Assembly (NCBI GenBank): GCA_963724295.1
Contig: CAVRUC010000005.1
Coordinates: 160,001-224,000 of the forward strand
Direction: 5' to 3'
From: an uncultured Chloroflexia bacterium
GTDB lineage: Bacteria > Chloroflexota > Chloroflexia > Thermomicrobiales > UBA6265
DNA: 64,000 nt
The translations under genes and the position numbers were made by a program. Below are positions 1-10,429 of this stretch, piece by piece; position 1 is the stretch's first letter, and each line of letters opens with the position of its first letter. Under the pieces are notes generated by a model that was not told the DNA's origin, did not search any database, and saw only the letters and a program-made list of their open reading frames with translations.

Positions 1-504
1 GAGACATCGGCCCGCACCGGACCGACGCTCGTCGCCAGATCGAGTCCTTGCGCGTAGCGGAAGGCGGGGACGTTCCGGAACGCCACCGAGACGACCCGAT
101 CACCCTCGACTTCCGCGCTGGCCCGAATGAGACCCGCGGGCGAGTCATAGACCACCTCCGTCCGCGGCTCGCGGCGCGGAAGCATCCCGGTCTCGAGCAG
201 CGCCGTGGTCAAGGCGATCACGCCGTGACCGCACATGGTCGAGTAACCCTCGTTGGTCAGGAACAGCACTCCGAAGTCAGCGCCGGTCGTCACCGGTGGC
301 GTCAAGACCGCGCCATACATGTCGGCGTGGCCACGTGGCTCGAAGAGCAGCGTCCGCCGGACGTCGTCGTGGTGCTCGGCCATGTAGCGACGTCGCTCGA
401 GCACGGTCGCCGCCCGGGAGCGGCGGCAGCCCGGCGGTGATGATCCGCAGCGGCTCTCCCGCGGCGTGCGCGTCGATTGTCGAAATAATCCGCTCGAACC
501 GCAT
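1..504 (-). CDS. Proline racemase / hydroxyproline epimerase family protein (runs off left edge; 1-nt frameshift near 411)
   Basis: N-terminus MRFERIISTIDAHAAGEPLRII. After a frame change it reads ...EPRGHADMYGA...EGYSTMCGHG...DSPAG, including the family MCGH catalytic motif. Confidence 0.85.
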
Positions 505-646
505 CGTTCCGTCTCCATCGCGGCCATCCAGGCGGCAGCGCCGCCTATACTATTCCGGACGGACCATTCAACGCTCAGCCTCTTCCCGGAGAACACGCGT
601 GCAACGCCTAAGCGAGGCGACCCCAGACGCCGGGGACGACTCCCCT

Positions 647-3600
647 ATGTTTCCTTACGAACCAAAAGCCACCCTTGCCGACGCCGCCGCGCTGCCATCG
701 CAGCTCCGCATGAAGCTTGCGGCGTGGCTCCGGGTGAGCGGTCAGCTCGAAGACGCCGCGAAGCTGCTGGACCTGATCGAGCAGGAGTCAGGCGAGTCGG
801 CCACGCTTCTGGACGAGCGAGCGGCCCTGGCGCTGGCGCTTCGCGACGCCGCCGGGGTTCGCGCCTGCTGGGAGCGTCGCCTCGCCAACCATCCGGCGCC
901 AAGTGCTCGTGCCGCCTTCGCTCGCGCGCTTCTCGAGCTGGGAGACCTGGCGGAAGCGGCCGAGATCACTCAAGAGCTCCTTGCGACGCACGGAGATTTA
1001 GCTACGGTTCGGTCCATTGCCGCCGAGGTTGCTCTCCAGCACGGTGATCTCGCCACCGCTCTCGACCACTGGACGGCACACCTGGAAGACACCTCTCGTA
1101 TCGCGCCGCTACTGGCGATGACCCGCATTGCCTTGCTCGGCGGCGACCTCGACGAGGCTCGTGCGACACTCAGTCGCGCCCTGGCTGATCCCGCCGTCTT
1201 GACCGCGGCCCAGATTGCGTCCGCCGCCGGCCTGGCGGAGATACTGGCGCAGCCCGCCCGGGCCCAGGCGCTACGGCTGCGCTACGCCCGGCTGGAAGCA
1301 CAGCGCGTCGCCGCGCTCGCCGCCGAGATCGATACCGCCCTCGGCCGAACCGTGGAGATGCGCTCCAGTGACCGGCTTCTCGACGAAGAGCATGGCGCTT
1401 CGCCGTCGCTGCCTGACGAATTGGGATCAAATCCACAATTGGCATCGGAGGCACAGTTTCAAGATTTGACATCACTGCCGGCAGAGGAGCCACTTGCCGA
1501 CAGCCGTGCATTGGACACGTTGCGCGAGGTGTTCGGCCACGATCGCTTTCTTCCCGGTCAAACCGCCGTTATCAATCGGGTGCTGGCCGGTGTCGACACG
1601 CTGGCCATCCTGCCCACGGGCGCTGGCAAATCGCTCACATTCCAGCTGCCATCAATGCTCTTGCCGGGCACGACGCTGGTGCTCTCGCCGCTGATCGCTC
1701 TGATGAAAGATCAGGTCGAGGGTCTTCCGCCCGCCCTGCGCGAGCGGACCGTCCTCGTCAACAGCACCCTCACCCCCGCACAGCAGCAGCGCGCCATGGA
1801 TGAGATCGCCGTCGGATCCTACAAGCTCGTCTACGCCGCTCCGGAACGCCTCCGTCAGCACGGCTTCTTGCGCGTTCTGCGGCAGGCAGGTGTCTCGCTG
1901 GTGGTCGTCGATGAGGCCCATTGCATCTCGCTCTGGGGTCACGATTTCCGACCCGATTACCTCTCGATCCCCGCTGCACTGCCTGAGCTGGGCGACCCGC
2001 CGTTGCTGGCCATGACCGCCACCGCCTCGGCGGAGACCGCTTCCTCGCTGTCGGGCGCGTTCCGGCGCGATCTCGACGTGGTCCGCTCCAGCTCCTTCCG
2101 TCCCAATCTGTTCTACGCCGCGCGAGCGGCTGGGCTCGAAAGAGGAGAAGGCGCGGCGGGTGGTCGCGCTCTGCCGTGAGCTGCGCGGGCAGGGCATCGT
2201 CTACGTCTCATCCCGCCGCGATGCCGAGAACCTGGCCGGCGTGCTGGGCGATAACGGCGTGCGGGCGGTTCCATATCACGCGGGTCTCGAGCCACGGTTA
2301 CGCGCCGCCAACCAGGACCGCTTCATGCGCGGCGACGCGCGCGTCGTCGTCGCCACCGTTGCCTTCGGCATGGGCGTCGACAAACCTGACGTCCGCTTCA
2401 TCATCCACTTCAGCCCCAGCACCTCGCTGGAGGCATATGCCCAGGAATCTGGTCGCGCTGGTCGCGACGGCAACCCGTCTCGCTGCGTCCTGCTCTACAC
2501 CGCATCGGACCGTGCCACGCAGACCCGCCTCGCCCGGCGCGACGCAATGGACCTTGCCACGCTGCGCCAGGTCTACGCCGGTATCAAGCGGCACGCGGCG
2601 GGATCGTGGGCGATTTTCGATCCTTCGCGGATCGTGCTCGGGCGCGAGGATGGCGATGATCTCGACGAAGCGCCGGACCCCCGCATTGGCATCGGTCTCC
2701 TCGTCGAAGGCGGGCTCCTGGAACGCCATCCCAACGCACCCGCCACCTGGACCCTGACGCCGGGTAGAGCTGGAGATGAAGCGCCGGGAGTGCTTGACGA
2801 AGAGGATGCCGCTCTCTGGGGGAAGGTGGTCGATTGGGCTGGGCTCGATCCAGCCCTCGGCCGGCCCGTCACGCTGCAGACGGCCGCCATCTGCGATGCG
2901 CTGAACATCTCCCCGGAGATTTTGGCGCGCGTGCTCGAGGGCCAACAGGACTGGCACGCTCAAGAAGGCAACCGCCTGCCGTGTCTCCGGCTCTTCCCGG
3001 TCGAAGCGAACGCCGGCGCGCGGCTGCAACGAGTGCTCGACAACGCCGCGCAACGCGCCAAGACCCGTGTCAACCGGATGATGACCTACGCCGAAGGTCG
3101 CCGCTGCCGGCATGCCGAGATCGCCGCCCATCTCGGCGAACGACTCAACCCCTGCGGCGACGCCTGTGACGTCTGCACCCGCGAGCGAGGCGAAGGATCC
3201 GAAACGAACGCCAGGCAGGAGCGACCTGCTGGGAAGCGATCCGTTGCGACATCGGCGGACGCGATCGCCGTCTTGAAAGCGGTCGCCAGCGCCCCGTTCT
3301 CCGTCGGCAAGACCGGGCTCATCCGCCTCCTTGAAGGCTCGATCCAGAGCCGCATCCAGGGGGATCGGTCCCCGTACTTCGGAGCGCTCGGCGACCTGCC
3401 GAAAGCGAAGATCGATGGACTGATCGATCGCCTCGTCGAGGACGGCTACCTCCACCGGGATCTCAACCACGAATTCAAGCTCATCCGCCTGACCAGTCAG
3501 GGAGCCGAGGCAGGTCCGGACGACCTGGCTGCCTATGACAGCGTGCCTGAGCGACTCGGAGCATCCTCGTCCGCCCTTGAGCCAGACGGCGATCAGGACC

Positions 3601-3869
3601 TCTCACCCGAGGCTGACGCGCTCTTGCGCCGGCTGCACGACTGGCGGCGAGAGCGCGCACTCCGAGACGCCGTTCCCGCCTATGTCGTCGCGCCCAATTC
3701 GACGCTGGTCGAGATCGCGCGGCGCCGGCCCGGATCGATCGGTGAGCTGGTCGAAATCAAGGGCTTTGGCCCGACCCGAGTCGAGAAGTACGGAGAGGAG
3801 ATTTTCGCCGTTCTCGGCCAGGCGGCCGCGTCGGATCTCCCGGACGAAGTGCAGACGACCCTATACTAG
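647..3869 (+). CDS. recQ: RecQ-family ATP-dependent DNA helicase with N-terminal TPR-like helical region and C-terminal RQC/HRDC (frameshift near 2125)
   Basis: Motifs PTGAGKS, DEAHC, MTATA, VATVAFGMGVDKPDVR, QESGRAGRDG; Zn motif CRH...CGDACDVC; HRDC-like WRRERALRDAVPAYVV. Split between ORFs 296..2179 and 2160..3869. Confidence 0.9.
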
Positions 3870-3913
3870 ACTCCGTCCCGCTCAAAGGGGCGATGCGCTG
3901 ACCCCGGCGCCAC

Positions 3914-4011
3914 GGGGGCGGATGGGGCCCGGTGGCCTCCCCAGTCTTCAAAACTGTGTGAGTGGGGGTGCTCCCCTCACTGGTGGGTTCGACTCCCATG
4001 CGCCCTCGCCA
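3914..4011 (+). tRNA. selC: tRNA-Sec (anticodon UCA)
   Basis: 8-bp acceptor (one G.U, one G.G), 6-bp D stem with CGGT loop, CT-TCA-AA anticodon loop, long variable arm, 5-bp T stem with TTCGACT loop, G discriminator and encoded CCA. Confidence 0.93.
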
Positions 4012-4091
4012 CCAGAGACCGCGTAATAGTCGGGGAAGAGGAAGGGTTAGAGCGATCATGCGCTCCAGCCCTCGCATTGTGTGGCGTCCGT

Positions 4092-4111
4092 TTGACACCC
4101 AAATTGACACC
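4092..4111 (+). repeat. Tandem TTGACACC direct repeats, possible integrase arm-type sites
   Basis: TTGACACC at 4092-4099 and 4104-4111, between the tRNA 3' end and the integrase remnant. Confidence 0.45.
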
Positions 4112-4115
4112 TTAA

Positions 4116-5617
4116 GCTTGTGATTTAACCCGAGGCAGGGGCGGTGGTCGGCGGCATTGGCCAACCGCCTGTCGTTCTGGCAAGCTGCGCGGCATGCCCG
4201 CTGATGACCTTGCGTCCCTCCGCGCCTTTCGCACTGACCTTCACGGCTGCTTTCCCGCGCCGCGCTGACGCCCTGTGCGAACTGGTCGATGCCCTGCTGG
4301 CCGCCGATGCGGTCACCTCGCTGCCCCACTTCAGTTTGCAGGCACCACACCGCCGCGGCTGGGGCAGCCTCTACGACGCGCTGACCGCAGGGCGCCTCGA
4401 CGTCGCGGCACTGCGCGCGATGCTCCTGGCGCAGGTGCTCCCGGATACCCAACCGGTCTACGCGGTGGATCTGAGCGTCTGGCCCCGGTGCGACGCCGAG
4501 ACCAGTCCGGAGCGCGGCTTTTACTACCATCCTTCGCGGCACTCGGCCGGGCAACCGATCGTTGCTGGGTGGGCGTATCAGTGGCTGGCGCAACTCAACT
4601 TCGACCGGGACAGTTGGACTGCGCCGTGCGATGTCCGGCGTGTCCCACCGACCGAGAATGCCCATACCGTTGCCGTTGAGCAGATCAGGGCCCTCCTCAC
4701 CCAGGAGCCAGGAGCCGAGACCAGGCCCCTCGTCGTCTTCGACGCTGGCTACGATTCGGCGCACCTGACACAGGCCTTAGCCGAAACCCCCGTGGCCATC
4801 CTCGTCCGCTTGCGCGCCGACCGCTGCTTTTACGCTGATCCGCCGCCGGCGATGCCGTCACCGAAGGGCGGTCGTCCGCGCAAGCACGGGGCCAAGTTTG
4901 CCTGCAAGGACCCGACGACGTGGCCGGTGCCAACCGCCGAGCAGGTGATTCAAGACGAGCAATACGGCACCGTGCGCGTACGCGCCTGGGCGGGCTTGCA
5001 CCCCAAGCAGCAGGCGCATCCCGGCCGCGGCACCCGCAAGACCCGGCCCATCGTGCGGGGCACCGTCGTCTTGGTTGAGGTCAGCCGTTTGCCGGCTCGG
5101 CCGTACCCGCCAAAGCTGTTGTGGCTGTGGTGGGCCGGTCCGGGCAGCCCGGACTTGGATCTGCTGTGGCGATCGTACGTCCGGCGTTTCGATCTCGAGC
5201 ACACGCTGCGCTTCTGCAAGCAGAGCCTCGGCTGGACGATGCCGCGGGTGCGGCACCCGGAGCAAGCTGATCGCTGGACGTGGTTGGTGGTGGCCGCTTA
5301 TACCCAGCTGCGGCTCGCGCGACCGTGGATCGCTGACCGTCGGCTGCCCTGGGAGCGGCCGCTCGCGCTGGGGACATCGACGCCCGCCCGCGTCCGGCGG
5401 GCCCTTTCCGCACTCTTGCCGATGGTCGGCACGCCGGCCAAAGCGCCAAAACCCTGCGGTCGCTCACCAGGCCGACCCATGGGGAGTCGGCTGGGACGCG
5501 CTCCCCGCTACCCCGCCCTCAAGAAAGCGGCCTGAGACCTGCTTTCGGCCTGAACTCCACCCGATCCGCCGCGTCCGCCGAGCACGGTGCGACTCCTCCT
5601 GAGGTTAAATCACAAGC
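4116..5617 (+). mobile_element. Insertion sequence (DDE; resembles the IS701-like NF041680 family)
   Basis: 15-bp perfect terminal inverted repeats GCTTGTGATTTAACC (4116-4130) and GGTTAAATCACAAGC (5603-5617), flanked by TAA at 4113-4115 and 5618-5620. Encloses a transposase. Confidence 0.9.
4194..5535 (+). CDS. DDE transposase (likely start ATG 4194; extra base near 4255)
   Basis: MPADDLASLRAFRTDLHGCF joins RRADALCELVDAL. Motifs HRRGWGSLYDAL, YAVDLSVWPRCDAETSPER, VVFDAGYD, YVRRFDLEHTLRFCKQ. Confidence 0.88.
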
Positions 5618-5648
5618 TAAGTTCTAGTACCTTCCCGCAAACACCGCA

Positions 5649-5940
5649 TTTACCCGGCGAGAACGGCATCCATTGCCGCTGCCACTTGCTGGTGCATCGC
5701 CGGAAGCAGATGCGAGTAGGTGTCCAGCGTGAGACCGACCGTGCCGTGCATGTCTGGAGACCACATTCGGGTGCACGCCTTGCATCAAGGCCAGCGTGGC
5801 CGCCGTGTGACGTAGATCGTGGAACCGCACGCGTCGGATTCCGGCCGCATCGAGCGCGGTGTAAAACACCTGGCGTGACCATGACGGGGTCGATTGACCC
5901 GCCAAAGGGGCCGGCAAACACCAGATCGAGCTCGCCATTG
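5649..5940 (-). pseudogene. Tyrosine integrase C-terminal remnant
   Basis: AGIRRVRFHDLRHTAATLALMQGVHPNVVS in one frame and HGTVGLTLDTYSHLLPAMHQQVAAAMDAVLAG* in another. The LGH motif is partly deleted and there is no N-terminal domain. Confidence 0.85.
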
Positions 5941-5981
5941 ATTGTCAATCAGAAGCCCGTGAGTCGGATTAAAAACCGACC

Positions 5982-6934
5982 ATGAGCGGACAGGCTGCCT
6001 CAACACGCTCGCCCAAAGTCGGGCTGTTTCTGCCGACTGGCGAGCTCATGGCAGGTGGCGCCACAGCGGGCTGGGCGGAGCTGCTGAACCTGGCCCGGCG
6101 AGCAGAGGACCTCGGCTTCGATTCACTCTGGGTTCCTGACCACTTCCTCCTGGGGTCTGACGGCGATTCGGAGGCGATCGGCGGCTGGGAGTGCTGGTCG
6201 CTGCTTGCCGCGTTGGCCGCAACGACCTCACGTGTAGAGCTGGGAGCACTCGTCAGCTGCACCGGATACCGCAATCCGGCACTGCTGGCCAAGGTGGCCA
6301 GTACGGTTGACGAGATCAGCGACGGCCGGTTGGTCCTCGGCATCGGAGCCGGCTGGGCAGAATCGGAGTTCCGCGCCTTCGGCTTCCCGTTCGATCACCG
6401 GGTCGCCCGCTTCCAGGAGGCTATTCAGATCGTCACCGGTCTGTTACGCCACGGCCGACTGGATTTCCAGGGAACCTACTACTCCGTTCGGGACTGCGAG
6501 TTACGCCCACGCGGGCCGACGACCACATGGGCCACCCATCATGGTCGGGGCCTCAGGTCCCCGCATGCTTGGTCTCACCGCTCGCTACGCCGACGCCTGG
6601 AACGCCGACTTTGGCAGCGACCCAGAATCAATTCGCGGATTGAATGACGCCGTTGATGCCGCGTGCCGTGAGGCCGGTCGCGACCCGGCGACGCTCGGGC
6701 GTTCAGCGTCGGTCTTCGTCGACGTCACAGGCCACTCCCGCGCTGGCGACAACTGGGTTGCAGACGTGCGGGCGGGCCGTTCGCTTTCTGGCTCGACCGA
6801 GGAGCTAGCAATGGCGTTGCGGACATTACGCCGACGCGGGCGTCGAGCATGTTCAGGTCTGGCTGGACCCAAGCACGATCGCCGGCGTGGAAGCACTCGC
6901 CCCGGTTCTAGCGTCGCTCGACGGCATAAAGTGA
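5982..6934 (+). CDS. LLM-class flavin/F420-dependent oxidoreductase (two frameshifts, near 6520 and 6830)
   Basis: GFDSLWVPDH, RNPALLAKVASTVDEISDGRLVLGIGAGW, PPIMVGASGPRML, and C-terminal GVEHVQVWLDP spread over three frames. Confidence 0.85.
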
Positions 6935-6998
6935 AGTCCGTTGGCGCCAGGACGCCGAAAAAGCGCACTCAGAGTTCCCGAACTCCCAATTGCTCGCA

Positions 6999-8273
6999 TC
7001 AGGTTGAAATTTTCATCTCGCCAGCGCCATAGCGAATCGCCGCGTCGACGAAGATTCGCGGTGCCTGCTGCAGCGCCAGGATGCTGACCCACTCGTTCGG
7101 ACCGTGCGCGAGCGGCAGGAGCCCGGGACCGAACGCGGCGAGAGTTGGGATGCCGCCCTGGCCTTGAAACGGCCAGGCGTCGGTCGCCCCCGGGAAGGCG
7201 GCGAGCGGTGGCGCTTCGCCGAGCACGTCCGCCGCGGCGCGCTCGACCGCGCGCACCATCGGATCGTCCTGCGGCACCTCAGTCGGCGCGATCCAGGCTA
7301 GCGTCGGCGCAAACTCCCAGGTGACCTCTGCCCCGGGCACCAGAGGCCGGATCCGTTCCAGCGCGGCGTCGACATCCTCGGCCAGGGACTCCTGGGTCAT
7401 CCCGGGTGTGGTGCGGATGTCGCACCAGAACTCCGCGTGGCCGGGGAGCACACCGTAGCCGACGCCGCCGATGCTCTTCACGCCGAGGTTGATCGTCGGC
7501 CCGGCTGGGCATAACGGATGCTCGGGATAGCGAAGCTTCAGCTCGCGTCGCAGGGCCACCAGCACGTTCGCCATTGCCTCGACCGCATTGACCGTCGGCA
7601 GCTGGTCCGAGATCGAGGAGTGCGTCTGCGTGCCCTTGACGATGACGCGGAAGCCGCTGAACCCGCGCGAGATGACTCGTATAGCCTCCCAGTCCTCATG
7701 CACTCCGGCAGGCTCCCCCAGCAGGATGGCGTCGACCTCTAGCGCACCTGACCGCACGAGATAGGACGCTCCGAAGTGGCTGCCGTACTCCTCGTCGGCC
7801 GTGAAGATCAGACTGAGCGACCCCGCGGCCCGGTCCGCGACCCGCGCGAACGCCGCCCCGGCCAGGACCATCGCCGCACAGGCGCCCTTCATATCGGTCG
7901 AGCCGAGCCCGAAGAGGCGGTCTCCCTCGATCGTCGGCGCGAAGGGATCGGTTCGCCACTCCGCCGCCGCGTCGCCCACCGGCTTGGTGTCGAGATGACC
8001 GCACAGCGCCAGGTGCGGCCCCGGGCGCGCCCCATCGATGCGGACGATCAGGTTCGGCCGGTGCGGCGCTTCGGCCAATACTCGCGCCCGAGGCAATCCG
8101 TAGTGCGCGAGCGCCCGCTCGATCACCGCCGCCGGCGCCGTCTCATCCCCCGGCAGATTCGGCGATGGCGCCGCGACGAGCGCCGAGGTCAGCGCGATCA
8201 CCTCGCCTTGCCGCTCTCCCAGGAAGCTATCTGCCTCCACTAGCAGAGATCGAGTGGAATCGATGGCGCTCAC
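6999..8273 (-). CDS. M20 family metallo-amidohydrolase (ArgE/DapE-like)
   Basis: GHLDT, GLGSTDMKG, DEE, GEP, AHGPNE motifs. Confidence 0.9.
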   Translation of the reverse strand: MSAIDSTRSLLVEADSFLGERQGEVIALTSALVAAPSPNLPGDETAPAAVIERALAHYGLPRARVLAEAPHRPNLIVRIDGARPGPHLALCGHLDTKPVGDAAAEWRTDPFAPTIEGDRLFGLGSTDMKGACAAMVLAGAAFARVADRAAGSLSLIFTADEEYGSHFGASYLVRSGALEVDAILLGEPAGVHEDWEAIRVISRGFSGFRVIVKGTQTHSSISDQLPTVNAVEAMANVLVALRRELKLRYPEHPLCPAGPTINLGVKSIGGVGYGVLPGHAEFWCDIRTTPGMTQESLAEDVDAALERIRPLVPGAEVTWEFAPTLAWIAPTEVPQDDPMVRAVERAAADVLGEAPPLAAFPGATDAWPFQGQGGIPTLAAFGPGLLPLAHGPNEWVSILALQQAPRIFVDAAIRYGAGEMKIST

Positions 8274-8329
8274 ATCCTATGAACCCCGACTGATAGTTGC
8301 CGAAATGATCAACGCCCCGCGGCCAGTCT

Positions 8330-8375
8330 CCCCCTCTCCCAGCGCCGACTGGGAGAGGGGGTCAGGGGGGTGAGG
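8330..8375 (+). repeat. REP-like palindromic repeat, family A copy 1
   Basis: CCCCCTCTCCCAG-cgccga-CTGGGAGAGGGGG followed by tcaggggggtgagg. Related copies at 56198 and 42148. Confidence 0.75.
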
Positions 8376-8401
8376 CGCGCCGCCAGGTGAGGCACCCAAG
8401 G

Positions 8402-9545
8402 CTAATCCGCCAGCAGCGCCGCGGACTGCGGATTGAAGACCACGCTCACCGACTCGCCCGCCGCGTGCTCGTTCTCCCCGACCGCTCGGTTCTGGCGGTA
8501 GACCGTCAGCATCTGACCACCCGGCAGGCGGATCAGGTATTGCGTGTGCGTGCCGACGTAAACGATCTCTTCGAGCCGCCCCGTCAACGCGTTCGAACCG
8601 GGCACCTCGCTGCCGGGAAGATCTGCGAGCAGCGAGATCTTCTCCGGCCGCACCGCCAGCGTCATCCGTCCCTGCGGGTGGATACCGTCCGGAATTCGCG
8701 CTCGCAGCGGTCCCGATCCCGGTAGGTCGACGTTGACTCCCATCCCGTCCGAGCCGGTGACGTCGACCTCCAGGAAATTCGTCTGGCCGATGAAATCCGC
8801 CACGAAACGCGTTCGCGGCCGCTCGTAGATCTCGCCGGGCGTACCGAGCTGCAAGATGCACCCTTCGTTCATGACCGCGATGCGATCGGACATAGTGAGG
8901 GCTTCTTCCTGATCGTGGGTGACATAGACGAATGTCGCGCCAACCTCCCGGTTGAGCTGCTTCAGCTCCAGCTGCATCGCCTTGCGCAGCTTCAGGTCGA
9001 GCGCGCCGAGCGGTTCGTCCAGGAGAAGGACCGCGGGACGGTTGACGAGGGCGCGCGCCAACGCCACCCGCTGCTGCTGTCCGCCGGAAAGCTCCGCCGG
9101 CTTGCGTGCCTCGACATGCGGCAGCCGCACCATGGCCAGGGCGTCCCCTACGCGCTTCTGCCGCTCGGCTTTGGGCACCCCCGCCATTTCGAGACCGTAG
9201 CTCACGTTCTGCGCCACGGTCATGTGTGGAAAGAGCGCGTAATTCTGAAAGACCGTGTTCACGGGCCGGCGATAGGGCGGGCCGGTCTCCCATCGCCTCA
9301 CCCTCGATGAAGATCTCACCCGAGGAAGGCAGTTCGAAGCCACCGATCATCCGCAGCGTCGTCGTCTTGCCGCAGCCGGACGGTCCCAGCAACGTCAGAA
9401 ACTCACCCTGTCGCACGTCGAGAGAGATGCCGTTGACAGCCTGCACGTCGCCGAAATGCTTGCGAACCTCGCGCAATTCGATGCTGGGCCGCCCCACGTG
9501 TCGGGACTGGGGAGAGACCGATTCGCTTACGGCTAACTGGGCCAT
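8402..9545 (-). CDS. Polyamine/opine-type ABC transporter ATP-binding subunit (PotA-like; frameshift near 9290)
   Basis: Walker [10 protein letters not shown] in ORF 8277..9977. [14 protein letters not shown] and a TOBE-like C-terminus in ORF 8402..9343. Confidence 0.9.
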
Positions 9546-9568
9546 TCTTGGAGTCTCCAATGTCTCAT

Positions 9569-10429
9569 TCAACCGCCGATGGCCGCCTGCTTCGAAAGCC
9601 GATTCGAAAGAAGCACGCCGGCGAGCGACACGGCAACGATGATTGTCGCCGCCGCGTTGATTTCCGGCGATATTCCCTGGCGCAGCCGGCCCCAGATCAG
9701 CAAAGGCAACGTCTTTTCGCGCCCCGTCAGGAAGAACGTGACCACCACCTCGTCGAAGGAGAGCGTGAAAGCCAGGATGGCGCCTGCCAGGATCGCGGGT
9801 CGGATCAACGGAAACGTGACCCGCCAGAACGTTCGATTGGGCGACGCCCCGAGATCCGCGGACGCTTCGTCCAGGCTTCGCGGCAGTTGGCCCAGTCGTG
9901 CCACGACGTTGTTCAGGACCAGCGTGATGCAAAACGTCCCGTGGGCGATGATGATCGTCCACTTCGAAAGCGGCCACCCCAGCATCGAGAAGAACGAAAG
10001 CATAGCCACGCCGGTGACGATCCCCGGCAGGACGATCGGCATGACCACAAAGAATCGGATCGCGGGCTTGCCGGGGAAGTTGTACCGGTCGAGGGCGAAC
10101 GCGGTCAGGGTCCCCAGCACTACGGCGATGCCGGCGGCAATCAGACCAATCAATACCGAGAGGCGGACCGACTCCTGAATGTCGCGGTCGACCAGCAGCT
10201 CGCCGTACCAGTCGAGTGTGTACCCCTTGATCGGCCAGGCGTTCACTTTAGTCGCGCTGAACGAATAGAGGATCACGACGAACAGCGGCAGGTAGAGGAA
10301 GAGATAGACGAGCGCCGAGGCAATTCCTAGCCACGGGCCGCCTCGCTTCGTCCGCGCCGGAGCCCTCGCCGGCATTGCCGCTGGCGCAATCGTTTCGGAA
10401 CCAAGCGTGCCGGCCCGGCTGACGCTCAT
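9569..10429 (-). CDS. ABC transporter permease (PotC-like)
   Basis: Six hydrophobic segments, EAA loop LDEASADLGASP, FTLSFDE. Confidence 0.9.
   Translation of the reverse strand: MSVSRAGTLGSETIAPAAMPARAPARTKRGGPWLGIASALVYLFLYLPLFVVILYSFSATKVNAWPIKGYTLDWYGELLVDRDIQESVRLSVLIGLIAAGIAVVLGTLTAFALDRYNFPGKPAIRFFVVMPIVLPGIVTGVAMLSFFSMLGWPLSKWTIIIAHGTFCITLVLNNVVARLGQLPRSLDEASADLGASPNRTFWRVTFPLIRPAILAGAILAFTLSFDEVVVTFFLTGREKTLPLLIWGRLRQGISPEINAAATIIVAVSLAGVLLSNRLSKQAAIGG

Noticed and set aside
1..4011. Proline racemase plus tRNA-Sec as a D-proline reductase (selenoprotein) locus
   Set aside because: No prdA/prdB or sel genes are in the window, and I saw no in-frame UGA with a SECIS. The proximity may be coincidental.
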